Translations under genes and position numbers: made by a program
Notes under the pieces: generated by a model
Told to the model about the DNA's origin: nothing
The model's input: the letters and a program-made list of their open reading frames with translations, nothing else
Database searches by the model: none
From: Candidatus Saccharimonadota bacterium
GTDB taxonomy: Bacteria > Patescibacteriota > Saccharimonadia > Saccharimonadales > SZUA-47
Length of the DNA: 64,000 nucleotides
Direction of reading: 5' to 3'
Assembly (NCBI GenBank): GCA_043727115.1
Contig: JAYSZA010000043.1
Span: 975 to 64,974, forward strand
Shown here: in pieces, positions 17,570 through 27,996 of the stretch
How positions within the stretch are numbered: the first letter of the stretch is position 1
Layout: every line of letters starts with the position of its first letter

Positions 17570-19360
17570 ATGGCAAAAAAGCAGGCGGTAAAAAAACAGT
17601 CATTGTCTGAAAAATTCAAGCTCCTGCTCAAAAAATATGGTATCGGAACAGCCATTATACTTTTCGTAACACTGTTATATTTCGCGCCTCTACTCAACAA
17701 ACTAGATAGCTACATCGAAGGCGGCGACTCTATGTTCAACGCTTGGACGCTGGCTCGGAATCACAACTGCTTGAAAGGTGATTGTGACAACTATATTGAC
17801 GGAAATATTTACTACCCAAACAAAGACACGATGCTCTACTCAGAGACTCAGCTCTCGACAGGACTCCTGACATTGCCGCTTCATTACATTAACGACAATC
17901 CAATATTCAGCTATAACGTCTGGAAGATTTTCAGTACGTTTTTGAGCGGCTGGTTCATGTATTTATTGGTCAAAAAAATCAGCAAGGGTCACGAGATAGT
18001 GTCGGTTACGTCAGGACTGATATTTGCATTTTCACCATTCAAAATGTCGGCACTTGGTCATTTGCAAAACCTGAGCATATTTTATCTGCCCTTAATTGTG
18101 CTACTGATATTGTGCTACTTAGAAAAGCAGAAAAGAGGATATCTAATTGGCCTGCTTGCGTCGCTTATATTACTGTTCTACGCTTCGTGGTATCAGATGT
18201 TTTTTGCCTTGGGAGCCTTGGGCGTAATGCTCCTCGTGATAGGAGTTATTAGGCTGTCATCTTGGAGGAATATTCTCGTCATCAGCTCGGTAGTCATTAT
18301 TGCTGTGCTTTCTACCTTACCACTCGCAAGACAATACACTCGTTTCTCTAAGGAGAATGATGCAGGATTCACCATTGGCGCTCAGCCTAGTTATGCATCA
18401 AGCGTTGCAGACTACTTTATTCCGCACATCGGTACCGCTGAAGGCTGGCTATACGACAAAGTCGCACCAACTAACGCTCGCCGTATTCCATACAACCTGG
18501 ACAGCATCTCCTACCATGGTGCTGTATTGTACATGGTTGCTCTGGCGATAATTATAATTTTGTTTAGAAAACGTAAAGCCAGCAAAGAACATAGCCAACA
18601 ATATAAATGGGCAGTGGTATGGCTTGCGGTTGGGCTCGTTGGTTTGTTGTTTTCTCTGGGTCCACTCCTAAAGATTGGTGGTAGCTATATTTACGCCACT
18701 CTAAATAGTGGCGTAGGTTTGAGTATGCCACTGCCATATATTTTGCTAGATTTTGCTTTGCCCCAGATTCAGTTTATACGTGCAGTGGGGCGCTGGAGCA
18801 TACTTTTATTGTTTGCGTTATGCGTAGCGCTAGCGTATCTTCCTCGTGTTGCAGACGCCACTGCAAGCCTGAAGAAAAGGAAAAGTATAGTTTATGGGGC
18901 AATAATTATTTTATTTATTTTTGAGCTTGCGCCACTGCATTTTCACTACATGTCGAATCGACCACATGCCTATGATATTAAAATTCCGGCTGTCTATACT
19001 CATATCAAAAATATCCCACAGGTAGATAATCTGCTGGTTTTGTATGCAGACCAGGACTATCCTAATCCGGAACTCGCTTTTGCGCGTATGGAGACTGTAA
19101 TGTGGGCAGGCTATCACAACAAAAATATCTTTAACGGCTATAGCGGCTACACGCCACCAAACTACGAAGAGGATTACGCTGATTTCCAAGATTTACGCCT
19201 CGATGATATAGAAAAAATGAAATCAAAAAAACTGGACTATGTGCTTATTGATAAACAACTATCCACAACCAACCCAGAGCTAGCAGATACCGCTAAGACG
19301 CTTTTCTATGAGGTAACTTATGAAGATGCAAGATACCTACTGATGAAAATCAGTAAATAG
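17570..19360 (+). CDS. polytopic membrane protein, putative GT-C-fold glycosyltransferase
   Basis: About 597 aa from ATG 17570; the ORF track start at 17555 overlaps the preceding gene. Many TM helices plus a large C-terminal extracytoplasmic domain. Its position after the GtrA/GtrB-like pair matches the classic three-component glycosylation layout. Confidence 0.5.
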   Translation: MAKKQAVKKQSLSEKFKLLLKKYGIGTAIILFVTLLYFAPLLNKLDSYIEGGDSMFNAWTLARNHNCLKGDCDNYIDGNIYYPNKDTMLYSETQLSTGLLTLPLHYINDNPIFSYNVWKIFSTFLSGWFMYLLVKKISKGHEIVSVTSGLIFAFSPFKMSALGHLQNLSIFYLPLIVLLILCYLEKQKRGYLIGLLASLILLFYASWYQMFFALGALGVMLLVIGVIRLSSWRNILVISSVVIIAVLSTLPLARQYTRFSKENDAGFTIGAQPSYASSVADYFIPHIGTAEGWLYDKVAPTNARRIPYNLDSISYHGAVLYMVALAIIIILFRKRKASKEHSQQYKWAVVWLAVGLVGLLFSLGPLLKIGGSYIYATLNSGVGLSMPLPYILLDFALPQIQFIRAVGRWSILLLFALCVALAYLPRVADATASLKKRKSIVYGAIIILFIFELAPLHFHYMSNRPHAYDIKIPAVYTHIKNIPQVDNLLVLYADQDYPNPELAFARMETVMWAGYHNKNIFNGYSGYTPPNYEEDYADFQDLRLDDIEKMKSKKLDYVLIDKQLSTTNPELADTAKTLFYEVTYEDARYLLMKISK

Positions 19361-19365
19361 AAAGT

Positions 19366-20379
19366 TTACTTCCAAAAACGGAGCTTTTTCAGGAGTGAAC
19401 GAAGCCTGTGCAATCTGTAGGCATTAGGCGGTAAATCATAGGTGATGATAGATTTAATGTAATCAGTGGATACTTTTCTAGACTTTTGAATTTTTCGGCG
19501 TTCAACTAGTTTTTTTGGTAAATATAAATTAGTGATAAATAAACCTTTAAATACAGGCACTAGCTTACCTCTCATCAAAGACGATAGCACTATTGAACTG
19601 TAGGCTAGTAAGAATCTAGGCCAGATTGTCGTCATTAGACGTAGAGGAACATTTTTCAAGAAAAGCCAGGGCAGGTTCTTAATAGTCATGTAGGTGGTTA
19701 GGCCAGGAACTTTGCCACTCGAAGCACCCACTTTATGATAGGCGACTGCCTTTGGGCTGTAAGCTACTTTCCAGCCCGCTAGTTGCGCGCGGAAGCTGAT
19801 ATCTACGTCCTCATAGTATGCAAAGAAATCTTCGTCAAATAGACCAATTTGTTTTAGCATTTCTATACGGTATACACTGGCACCACCAGTTGCTCCGAAA
19901 ACTTCTTGCCCAATGTCATATTGCCCCGAATCTACGTCATTTCTGCCTCTTGGATACGCTAGCCCCCAAGAAGTGTATTGGTCGCCAGTTGAATCTATCG
20001 TGCCGTCCGTTTTTAATAATTTACCGGTGGCTATCCCCACCTTCTCACTGCTCATCTGAGAATTTAACTCTTCGAGCCAGCTTGGTTCTGGGGTCGCATC
20101 GTTATTTATCAGCGCTACAAATTCATAGTCATTATCTGCAACATAACGAATGCCTGTGTTTACTCCACCCGCGAAGCCTTTGTTCACGTTGTTTTTCAGT
20201 AAAACAATCTCTGGATGATTCTGTTTGACAATAGATACAAAGTTATCTGTAGAATTATTATCTACAGCGATGATATCATGCCCAGTAGTCTGCTTTTGTA
20301 GGGCAGCGATACAGCTCAGAGAATCTTTTTCTCCATTCCAATTAAGCACAACGACTGCAATGTTAGATTGTTTATTCAT
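19366..20379 (-). CDS. GT2 family glycosyltransferase (rhamnosyltransferase-like)
   Basis: Start taken at MNKQSNIAVVVLNWNG (20379). GT-A motifs: IIAVDNNSTDN, NKGFAGGVNTGI, INNDATPEPSW. Confidence 0.8.
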   Translation of the reverse strand: MNKQSNIAVVVLNWNGEKDSLSCIAALQKQTTGHDIIAVDNNSTDNFVSIVKQNHPEIVLLKNNVNKGFAGGVNTGIRYVADNDYEFVALINNDATPEPSWLEELNSQMSSEKVGIATGKLLKTDGTIDSTGDQYTSWGLAYPRGRNDVDSGQYDIGQEVFGATGGASVYRIEMLKQIGLFDEDFFAYYEDVDISFRAQLAGWKVAYSPKAVAYHKVGASSGKVPGLTTYMTIKNLPWLFLKNVPLRLMTTIWPRFLLAYSSIVLSSLMRGKLVPVFKGLFITNLYLPKKLVERRKIQKSRKVSTDYIKSIITYDLPPNAYRLHRLRSLLKKLRFWK

Positions 20380-20412
20380 GGGCAACTCATCTATAATGAT
20401 ACAAGACTTTTC

Positions 20413-21213
20413 ATGAAACATATCTATAGCAAACAAAACAGAGCACTTCTAGCAGAACTAGTACGAACCGACTTTAAGCTACGCTATCAAGGTTCGGTTC
20501 TTGGCTACGCATGGTCGTTACTCAGACCGCTATTTATGTTTGCCATTCTATATCTTGTGTTTGCGGTTGTTTTTAAAGTGGGAAAAGACATACCTAGCTT
20601 TCCGATCTATCTATTGCTCGGTATCGTTTTGTGGAACTTTTTTCAGGAAATGACACAACAGAGTCTTGGATCGATTGTGGGTCGGGGTGATTTGATCAGA
20701 AAGATTAGGATTCCTAGATGGATGATCATCGTATCGGCAAGTGTTGGTGCTTTAATCAACCTAAGCCTGAACCTAATTGTTGTGCTCGTTATCGCGTTAA
20801 TTAGCGGCATGGATTTGTTGGTTACCAGTGTTCTGTTGCCATTATTTATTATCGAAATATACATATTTGCACTTGGATTAGGACTCCTGCTATCAGCACT
20901 TTTTGTTAAGTATAGGGATGTAAGCTACATATGGGACGTTTTGCTACAGGCAGGTTTTTACGCTACGCCGATCCTTTATCCAGTAAGTTTGATATCTAAC
21001 GTTACTGCTCAGAAAATATTATTTATTAATCCAATGGCTCAGGCAATTCAAGGCGCCCGTAACGTTTTTGTAACACCCGAAGCAGTAACCATAAATGATG
21101 TTTGGCATAATCAGTGGGCGTTTTTGCTGCCACTTACTATTGTGCTTGTTTTCTTGATCGTTGGCACGCTCTATTTCAGAAGAGAAGCTAAAGATTTTGC
21201 GGAGAACCTATAA
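20413..21213 (+). CDS. ABC-2 type polysaccharide exporter permease (Wzm/TagG-like)
   Basis: Start at MKHIYSK. The ABC-2 signature region ELVRTDFKLRYQGSVLGYAWSLLRPL is followed by 6 TM segments. Located directly upstream of the Wzt-like ATPase. Confidence 0.85.
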   Translation: MKHIYSKQNRALLAELVRTDFKLRYQGSVLGYAWSLLRPLFMFAILYLVFAVVFKVGKDIPSFPIYLLLGIVLWNFFQEMTQQSLGSIVGRGDLIRKIRIPRWMIIVSASVGALINLSLNLIVVLVIALISGMDLLVTSVLLPLFIIEIYIFALGLGLLLSALFVKYRDVSYIWDVLLQAGFYATPILYPVSLISNVTAQKILFINPMAQAIQGARNVFVTPEAVTINDVWHNQWAFLLPLTIVLVFLIVGTLYFRREAKDFAENL

Positions 21214-22410
21214 ATGAATAGTCGAAACGAAATTGCAATAAAAATCTCGCACGTCAGCAAATCATTTAAGTTGCCCCACGAAAAGAATACCTCTGTCAAG
21301 AGTTTCGTAGTAAATCCGTTCAAGAAGAGAACGTATGAAAAACAGGAAGTTTTGAAAGATATTGATTTTGAAATCAAAAAAGGTGATTTTTTTGGAATAG
21401 TTGGCCGTAATGGCAGCGGCAAAAGTACACTCCTAAAACTGCTAGCGGGTATATATTCTCCCGACTCAGGACACATACAGGTTAACGGCAAACTTACTCC
21501 ATTTATTGAGCTAGGTGTAGGCTTTAACCCAGAGCTAACTGGTAGAGAAAATGTTTTCCTAAATGGTGCGCTACTTGGTTTTAATCGTAAAGAAATGCTA
21601 GCGATGTACGATGAAATTGTTGAATTTGCAGAAATTGAAAAATTTATGGATCAAAAACTTAAAAATTATTCATCAGGTATGCAGGTTCGTTTGGCGTTTT
21701 CAATTGCTATCAGAGCTGAAAGTGACATACTAGTACTCGATGAAGTATTGGCAGTAGGTGATGCTAACTTTCAAAAAAAATGCTATGACGTGTTTAAACG
21801 CTATAAAACCCAAGGTAAGACTGTGGTTCTTGTTACTCATGATATGGGTGCTGTTGAACAGTTCTGCAATAAGGCAGTTCTGATTGATGAGGGCCAGATT
21901 AAAGTCAGTGGTTTGCCGTACAACGTTACTAAAAGTTACAACAAGGCTAACATTGAAGAGCAAGATAAAGTTCAAGACGATAAAATTAGAAAAAGGAACA
22001 ACAAGAAGGTTTTTATCGAAAAAGTATGGATTGAAAAAAACGGAAAAGAAACAGTTGCTTTATCAAACGAAAACCCTATTGATATAAAAATAAAAGTCAT
22101 AGCCAATGTCGACATTAAGCATCCTGTGTTTGGAATAACAATTCTTGATCAGACAGGAAGACCACTATTCGCCACCAATACGTTAGTGAAAGAAATCCAT
22201 CACAAACTAATAAAAGATAAATTTTATACAATAAATTTTCATATAAAGAACACACTTTCAGACGGCAATTACTATGTTGTGCCAGCAGTTACAGATGAGA
22301 TTAGTGAGGAAAAATATGACTCAATCGACGAAGGTCATCTTTTCTCTATTTCTGGGTGGGAGTTCCCGGCATTTGTGTTGCAGCCCGACTATTCAATCAC
22401 TATTAAGTAG
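21214..22410 (+). CDS. ABC transporter ATP-binding protein (Wzt/TagH-like) with C-terminal carbohydrate-binding-like domain
   Basis: Walker A GRNGSGKST, signature YSSGMQVRLAF, Walker B ILVLDE. About 150 aa of extra beta-rich C-terminal domain, as in O-antigen Wzt proteins. Confidence 0.85.
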   Translation: MNSRNEIAIKISHVSKSFKLPHEKNTSVKSFVVNPFKKRTYEKQEVLKDIDFEIKKGDFFGIVGRNGSGKSTLLKLLAGIYSPDSGHIQVNGKLTPFIELGVGFNPELTGRENVFLNGALLGFNRKEMLAMYDEIVEFAEIEKFMDQKLKNYSSGMQVRLAFSIAIRAESDILVLDEVLAVGDANFQKKCYDVFKRYKTQGKTVVLVTHDMGAVEQFCNKAVLIDEGQIKVSGLPYNVTKSYNKANIEEQDKVQDDKIRKRNNKKVFIEKVWIEKNGKETVALSNENPIDIKIKVIANVDIKHPVFGITILDQTGRPLFATNTLVKEIHHKLIKDKFYTINFHIKNTLSDGNYYVVPAVTDEISEEKYDSIDEGHLFSISGWEFPAFVLQPDYSITIK

Positions 22411-22415
22411 CTATT

Positions 22416-23399
22416 TTACAGACGTGCTTTTTTTTCTAATGAGTGTTTTTCGATATCTTTTATATTATCTCTATTTTTGTTTACGACATAAGAAGCTCGT
22501 AATTTTTCGAAATTTCTTACAGGGCTACCAACGAAGTTTCTTATCTTTTGACTGAACGAATAATCCTTATCTTTAATAATAAACGAATAATCTCTAAAGG
22601 TTTCAAGAATTAATAACTTCAACAAGCTATATATGCGCCCTTCAGGGACAACATTAAGAACCTTTAACATAGCACTGTACTCGTCTATCCTACGCGAAAA
22701 ATACTTTCTTATGGGGTAGTCGTTGGAATGCATAACATTTCCTTGGGGAGCGAAGGCTTTTAAATAACCAGCTTCAAGAACATCACTTCCAAGTAGTTGA
22801 TCTTCTGAGTAATCAACATCTCTGTAAGGTAATATTTTCTTCAGGTAATTGAGCTTAACGGCCGAGTTTACATCAGAAAAGAATGTCAGTTTTTGATCTA
22901 ACCCCCTTTTATTTATAAGTGACTTGCCTCTGTGGATCATTAGTGAATGATCAGGACCTAAGGAGTTAAAAACAGAAGAAACCTCTCGTTTAGTAGTTGC
23001 ATCGGTGAAGGGTCTAGGTGTTTGTTTTCCGACAACACAAAAAACATCTTTACTTAGATAGAATGGCTCAATCATGAACTCCAACCACTTATTATGTGCC
23101 GGAATTGCATCCTGAGAAAGAAACACTATAAATTCAGCGTCTGACATGCTGGCAGCTAAGTTTCTTGTTTTGCCGTGACCAAACTCTGAATTGGGTATTT
23201 TGTGAAGTCTTACCTCAGGAAAATTTTCAATAATTGACAGTGTTTTATCTTTGGATCCTGAATCAATAATAAGTAGTTCGAAGCTAAGTTCTGTTTCTTG
23301 TGACAAAACGGCAGCGATTAGACTATGGAGATGTTCTTCACCGTTATAGGTTGGAACAGCTATAGTTACATCTAATTTTGATTTTTTAGATATTCCCAT
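22416..23399 (-). CDS. GT2 family glycosyltransferase
   Basis: LDVTIAVPTYNGEEHL...LLIIDSGSKDKT...FLSQDAIP are the GT-A motifs. Confidence 0.8.
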   Translation of the reverse strand: MGISKKSKLDVTIAVPTYNGEEHLHSLIAAVLSQETELSFELLIIDSGSKDKTLSIIENFPEVRLHKIPNSEFGHGKTRNLAASMSDAEFIVFLSQDAIPAHNKWLEFMIEPFYLSKDVFCVVGKQTPRPFTDATTKREVSSVFNSLGPDHSLMIHRGKSLINKRGLDQKLTFFSDVNSAVKLNYLKKILPYRDVDYSEDQLLGSDVLEAGYLKAFAPQGNVMHSNDYPIRKYFSRRIDEYSAMLKVLNVVPEGRIYSLLKLLILETFRDYSFIIKDKDYSFSQKIRNFVGSPVRNFEKLRASYVVNKNRDNIKDIEKHSLEKKARL

Positions 23400-24310
23400 G
23401 TCCGTTGGATTCCTTCCTCGAATTTATATTGTGGACGAATATCAAAGTCTTTTATGAACTTAGATGTATCTAGGACGATATGATCAACGAATGTGGAAGG
23501 CACTGCTTTGAATTCTTTGGTTACTTTATTGCCTGTAACGGTTTCTATAACCTCAACGAGCTCATTAACCGATCGGCCTTCACCCGATCCAATGTTATAT
23601 ATATCGCATATTTCAAGATTTTTATCAAAGGCCTCTACTATAAGGTGTGCGACGTCTTCAACGTAGATATAGTCTCTAATCATTGATCCGTCTCCATATA
23701 TTGTTATTGGCTCATTGCGTAGGACTTTTTCTAGGAATATAGGAATTACACCTTGACCGCTAAGTGTATTTTGTCTAGGTCCATATGGGTTCGAAATGCG
23801 CATTACTAAAGAGTTCAAACCGTATTTTGTTTGGAAATATCTAAGATAATTTTCTATAGTGAGCTTACCTATTGCATATGGAGACACGGGTTTGGGGCAA
23901 ACTCGCTCGCTTATAGGATCATGAGTTGGAACGTTTCCGTATATTGCACCACCTGTAGAAGCAAATATTACTCGTTTTACTCCTTTTTCTGTACAAATTT
24001 TAAACAATTCGATACTCATTCTTATGTTTGTATCTATATCTACGGAAGGATCATTATCAGAAGTTATAGGTGTTGTTGTGGATATGAAGTGAAAAACATA
24101 ATCCATTCCTTCTACGGCCTCTTTCAGGCTGGTACTATTCAAGAAATCTCCAGAGACAATTTCTACATTATGGTGCTCGGCATTAGAAAAAATTACACTA
24201 TTAGATTTGTAGCGGTCAAAACAACGAACAAAATGTCCTTGTTCTGCCAATGAATCAACCAAGTGACTGCCAATAAAACCGTTTGCACCTAAAACTAAGC
24301 ATTTAGCCAT
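23372..24310 (-). CDS. NAD-dependent epimerase/dehydratase (SDR family, UDP-sugar 4-epimerase-like)
   Basis: GANGFIGSHLVDSL Rossmann motif with the YxxxK catalytic motif (YAIGK). Confidence 0.8.
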   Translation of the reverse strand: MAKCLVLGANGFIGSHLVDSLAEQGHFVRCFDRYKSNSVIFSNAEHHNVEIVSGDFLNSTSLKEAVEGMDYVFHFISTTTPITSDNDPSVDIDTNIRMSIELFKICTEKGVKRVIFASTGGAIYGNVPTHDPISERVCPKPVSPYAIGKLTIENYLRYFQTKYGLNSLVMRISNPYGPRQNTLSGQGVIPIFLEKVLRNEPITIYGDGSMIRDYIYVEDVAHLIVEAFDKNLEICDIYNIGSGEGRSVNELVEVIETVTGNKVTKEFKAVPSTFVDHIVLDTSKFIKDFDIRPQYKFEEGIQRTWEYLKNQN

Positions 24311-25550
24311 TGATTATTCTCTTTTCAAATATATTTACGAATTTTCTACCAGATACGTCCCAGTCTGCGCCAGATACGCTATCAGCTGCCTTCTTGGCGT
24401 ATTTAGGTAAGTCCTTCCTTGTAACTATCTCTGACAATCGATTTGCCATTGCGGTAGGGTTGTTCGCAGTGTATGCAATAAATTCATTGTTTGAAACCAA
24501 TCTGTTATTAGGAGCGTCATTAACAACAGGTATAGTTCCGCATGCGAGGAGCTCAAGAGGTAACAATGACATATTGGTTAGGGAAATCACTAGAGCCACA
24601 GCACATCGGTTGTATACATCGGACAGTTCACTTAGGGGCATCGACATAAGGTTCTCATAAGGAAAGGGAATTTCGTATTCTCTGACATCCCACCCAGCTA
24701 GGTTGATTGTGTACTCAGGGTGTTCATTGTGAAATTGAGTAAGTGCCATTATTCCAAGCTCAAAACCTCTCCGAGCAGTTACAGGTCTGGCATAAAAGAA
24801 TATCTCTTTTCTCTCGTCTTTATTTTCGAAACGATAGGTTACTTTATCGGCGCCAAAATCATAATGATCTGTCGGCATTTCATAATCGGATTTGAGTTTA
24901 TTCGCAAGCCAACCACCTGCAGTAATTCCATGAAATCCAAATCTATAGCTATTTTGTGCTAGTACATACTCTGATCCAACAGGGTAGAAATAGGGCTCAA
25001 AATCTTGCACAAAATAGAATCGTTTTGCCGTGACCCCGCTATTAAACACTGGGTATGCTGTCTCCCAACCGGTGGCAAAGATCGCGTCGGCATTAGCCAT
25101 ATCTTTTTTGAGCCACTGCATAGTTGAAGCCGCAGCAACCTTTTCATAAGAGCCATCATTAACTACTTCTTTAATCTGAGTGATATTTCTAGGGTCAATT
25201 GTTGAATACAAGTATATTTTATTTTTATGACCAGCTTTTTCTAGATAACTAATAAACCTAAAAAGATTTTGATGTCCACCACTTCCTTTGCCAGGAGGTG
25301 ACATCACCCAGTTGACCGTATAGCACTTTTTAGGTTTAATTTTTGGATTAATTTTATCTGTATCAATTTTCGACCAATCCGCCTTAAGGATGTCTTCAAT
25401 TTTTGCAAATGAATGGAGTTTTACGGCACTTCCTGGATTAAGTCGGCGGTACAATCTCTCTAGCATTCGAATCTGAAAGATGATGAGGCCATCTTTCTTT
25501 ATCATTCGATATGCAGAGTGTGGTTTTTTAACAATCTTTTTTAACACCAT
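24303..25550 (-). CDS. glycosyltransferase, WsaF-like (putative rhamnosyltransferase, GT-B fold)
   Basis: 415 aa. The overall pattern resembles WsaF-type GT4 rhamnosyltransferases. The call is supported by context (rml genes, ABC exporter) but was made by eye. Confidence 0.5.
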   Translation of the reverse strand: MVLKKIVKKPHSAYRMIKKDGLIIFQIRMLERLYRRLNPGSAVKLHSFAKIEDILKADWSKIDTDKINPKIKPKKCYTVNWVMSPPGKGSGGHQNLFRFISYLEKAGHKNKIYLYSTIDPRNITQIKEVVNDGSYEKVAAASTMQWLKKDMANADAIFATGWETAYPVFNSGVTAKRFYFVQDFEPYFYPVGSEYVLAQNSYRFGFHGITAGGWLANKLKSDYEMPTDHYDFGADKVTYRFENKDERKEIFFYARPVTARRGFELGIMALTQFHNEHPEYTINLAGWDVREYEIPFPYENLMSMPLSELSDVYNRCAVALVISLTNMSLLPLELLACGTIPVVNDAPNNRLVSNNEFIAYTANNPTAMANRLSEIVTRKDLPKYAKKAADSVSGADWDVSGRKFVNIFEKRIING

Positions 25551-25594
25551 AGTTTCAGATGTAAGTATAGCAAATTTAGAGGATAGTTTGACTA

Positions 25595-27991
25595 TTAAAT
25601 TGGTGTTCCTGTCGTAAGCAGTCCTACGAAATCATTAGATAACGTCTTGATTTTGTTTTCTCCTCCCAAATTTACTAAAGAGCCCCAAGACTTTATTGGT
25701 CTTTTTTGTCCTGCAGCAATGTAGTAGATCGTTGTAGAGTCTTTAGTCTTAATAAACCTTGTCAAAGAAGTATCTCTTTTCATATTTCGGGCTAGTAGCG
25801 GGTCTAGTTGGGTAAGAGATGATGGGGTAAATCCATACTCTGAAGCTATTGTCGAGCTAGCGGTATGCAAAATTCCATCATCGGCTACAAACACAACATT
25901 AGTTGCATTTTTGTATACCGCAGGAAGGTTCCCTGAGTTTGCGTATGCTGCTAGAGTTTGACTATTTACAGTATGTACACTGTTCCAGATATAACCAAAA
26001 TCTTCAAATCTATTTGCACTTTCTATGCCTAGTCTAGAGGTGGCGCCTGAAACAACATAAATAGAGCTGTTGGTTGCACTTTTAAGCAAATCCCCTGGAG
26101 CAAACTTCAATGGTCCACCAGGTATCTTCATAAATACTATTGAAGGAATTTCAGAAATATCGCCCAAATCATACCCTAGTTTACTGAATGTTTCATAGCT
26201 AACCATTGATCTAAGAGCTCCATTCTCTAGTACTGCTAGAGAATTTCCCCCAGCGTTCTTTATCACTGGTTTTAAGATAGCGTCAGGAAGTTTATTTATG
26301 ATTGTATCACTGAGTTTTGATGGCTGAAGCCCATGACCTGTCGCAAGTGGGTACTTTGAGGCACCATTCATAATGTATGTATTGCCAGATGATTTTTTAA
26401 CTAGACAATTTGCTGAGTTTTGAGCGATACCGTTTGTCATACTAAACGATGCTACTGTAAACTTCTTTATGTTCTTTAGCCCTAAACAATTGTAAGTATC
26501 GATACTATTTACCGGATAATAGCTGGTGCCGTTATAAATTCTAACCGTGCTGGAGTTGTTTGCTACTAGGTAGTCATTATCTACTAGAGGGATACCATGA
26601 CCAAGATTTTCAAGTGTATAGTCGCTTACCTTCGATAGGTTGCTGCTAGCTAATAGTTCATTTAGTTTAGAGATTTCAAATATAATTCTTTTTTTACTGT
26701 TTTCAATTTTATAGACAGTAGTATTGGCAAAACCCACCACAACGTCAGAAAGATTTTCAGGAGAAGTGACAAGTCTACTTATGGCATCCCCAGACATAAC
26801 TACAATGTCCTCACTCCCAAAACCAAAATTCTCTAGAGAGGACCAAGAACTTATCGGGAACTTATAGCCAGCACTAACTAAATATATCGTGCTCGCATCT
26901 GGAGTTTTAACAAGCCTACCAATAGACGAATTGTATGGTGTTGTGGCGTTTGGAATAGCGTCGATTTCTTGTTGACTAACAAAACGTACATCATTCAGTC
27001 CAAGTCCGAATTCATTTGCAATAATCATTGAAGGGATCGTGTGTTTTCTGGAACCGTCGGTATAGTATAGCGAATTTGATGTTTCAGTTCTGATTAAGCT
27101 ACCTGTAGTAGGGCCAAACCAATCACTAAACATGCGCCAGAAATTTCGATTACCATAAGCTCCACACCCATCACCACTACCATATAAATTATCTAGTGCC
27201 GATTGATTTGGCTGGTATGGAGTGTATATGTATAAGCTTGCAGTTGCTTGATTCTGTATGTACACGTTTGAGCCAGTCGGGTTTGGGCAAGAGGTCGTTG
27301 CAGGGCTGTAGTAGATAAAATTATTTCTGTGCTTTTTGTAATTGAAACCATTGGGGTTTGCCTCATACCGCCGAAATGCCTTAGCGGCCTGATAAACCTG
27401 GTTAAAGAAGCCGTAGTATTCATCGTTACAGTCCAGAGGTTGGCCCGGTGGCGGATCTGGACATCCATACCCCATTGCAATTCTGTACTGAGACGACCAA
27501 GGCCAGTCGTCTGATATAAGACTCTGTTCCTTCTGTAGCATCACAATTAAAACTTGTGGATTTATGTCGCAAGCTTTTGAAGCATCAAAAATAATCTGAG
27601 CAGCTGATTTCGTACCACCAGCGATACTATTTTTACATAAGTCACTACCCCCATTTGTAATTGATGGAATTGTTTCCATATAATCTTTAATACAAGTATA
27701 GGGTGGCGGATATCCTTTTGATGTACCGTGCTCTGCTCTGGTAGTGCTTCCGCTGTAGATTTTATTCCCATTTGTGTCACAGCTAGGTACTTTAGAGCTA
27801 AGAAAAGCCTGTATCTGATCAGTAGTCATTGAGTAACTGTTATAGAAAATTGCATCATCAATAATATTACCCGCTTTGAATTGTGATCCACTCAATCCAT
27901 AGACGGCTGTAGTCTGTGCAATAGTAAGTATTCCAACCGAGAATACCAGTGTGTATATCATTTTTTTTATTGAACTCTTATAGTCAAGCAT
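25595..27991 (-). CDS. large secreted protein: signal peptide + Cys-containing N-terminal domain (possibly lysozyme-like) + 8 copies of a ~45-aa repeat module
   Basis: 798 aa. The N-terminal domain contains ...DINPQVLIVMLQKEQSLISDDWPW.... Eight repeats follow, with core [ST]x[IV]Y[LYV][IV]xxGxK[RY]xIxSxxxFxxxG[FY]. Confidence 0.7.
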   Translation of the reverse strand: MLDYKSSIKKMIYTLVFSVGILTIAQTTAVYGLSGSQFKAGNIIDDAIFYNSYSMTTDQIQAFLSSKVPSCDTNGNKIYSGSTTRAEHGTSKGYPPPYTCIKDYMETIPSITNGGSDLCKNSIAGGTKSAAQIIFDASKACDINPQVLIVMLQKEQSLISDDWPWSSQYRIAMGYGCPDPPPGQPLDCNDEYYGFFNQVYQAAKAFRRYEANPNGFNYKKHRNNFIYYSPATTSCPNPTGSNVYIQNQATASLYIYTPYQPNQSALDNLYGSGDGCGAYGNRNFWRMFSDWFGPTTGSLIRTETSNSLYYTDGSRKHTIPSMIIANEFGLGLNDVRFVSQQEIDAIPNATTPYNSSIGRLVKTPDASTIYLVSAGYKFPISSWSSLENFGFGSEDIVVMSGDAISRLVTSPENLSDVVVGFANTTVYKIENSKKRIIFEISKLNELLASSNLSKVSDYTLENLGHGIPLVDNDYLVANNSSTVRIYNGTSYYPVNSIDTYNCLGLKNIKKFTVASFSMTNGIAQNSANCLVKKSSGNTYIMNGASKYPLATGHGLQPSKLSDTIINKLPDAILKPVIKNAGGNSLAVLENGALRSMVSYETFSKLGYDLGDISEIPSIVFMKIPGGPLKFAPGDLLKSATNSSIYVVSGATSRLGIESANRFEDFGYIWNSVHTVNSQTLAAYANSGNLPAVYKNATNVVFVADDGILHTASSTIASEYGFTPSSLTQLDPLLARNMKRDTSLTRFIKTKDSTTIYYIAAGQKRPIKSWGSLVNLGGENKIKTLSNDFVGLLTTGTPI

Positions 27992-27996
27992 AATAT

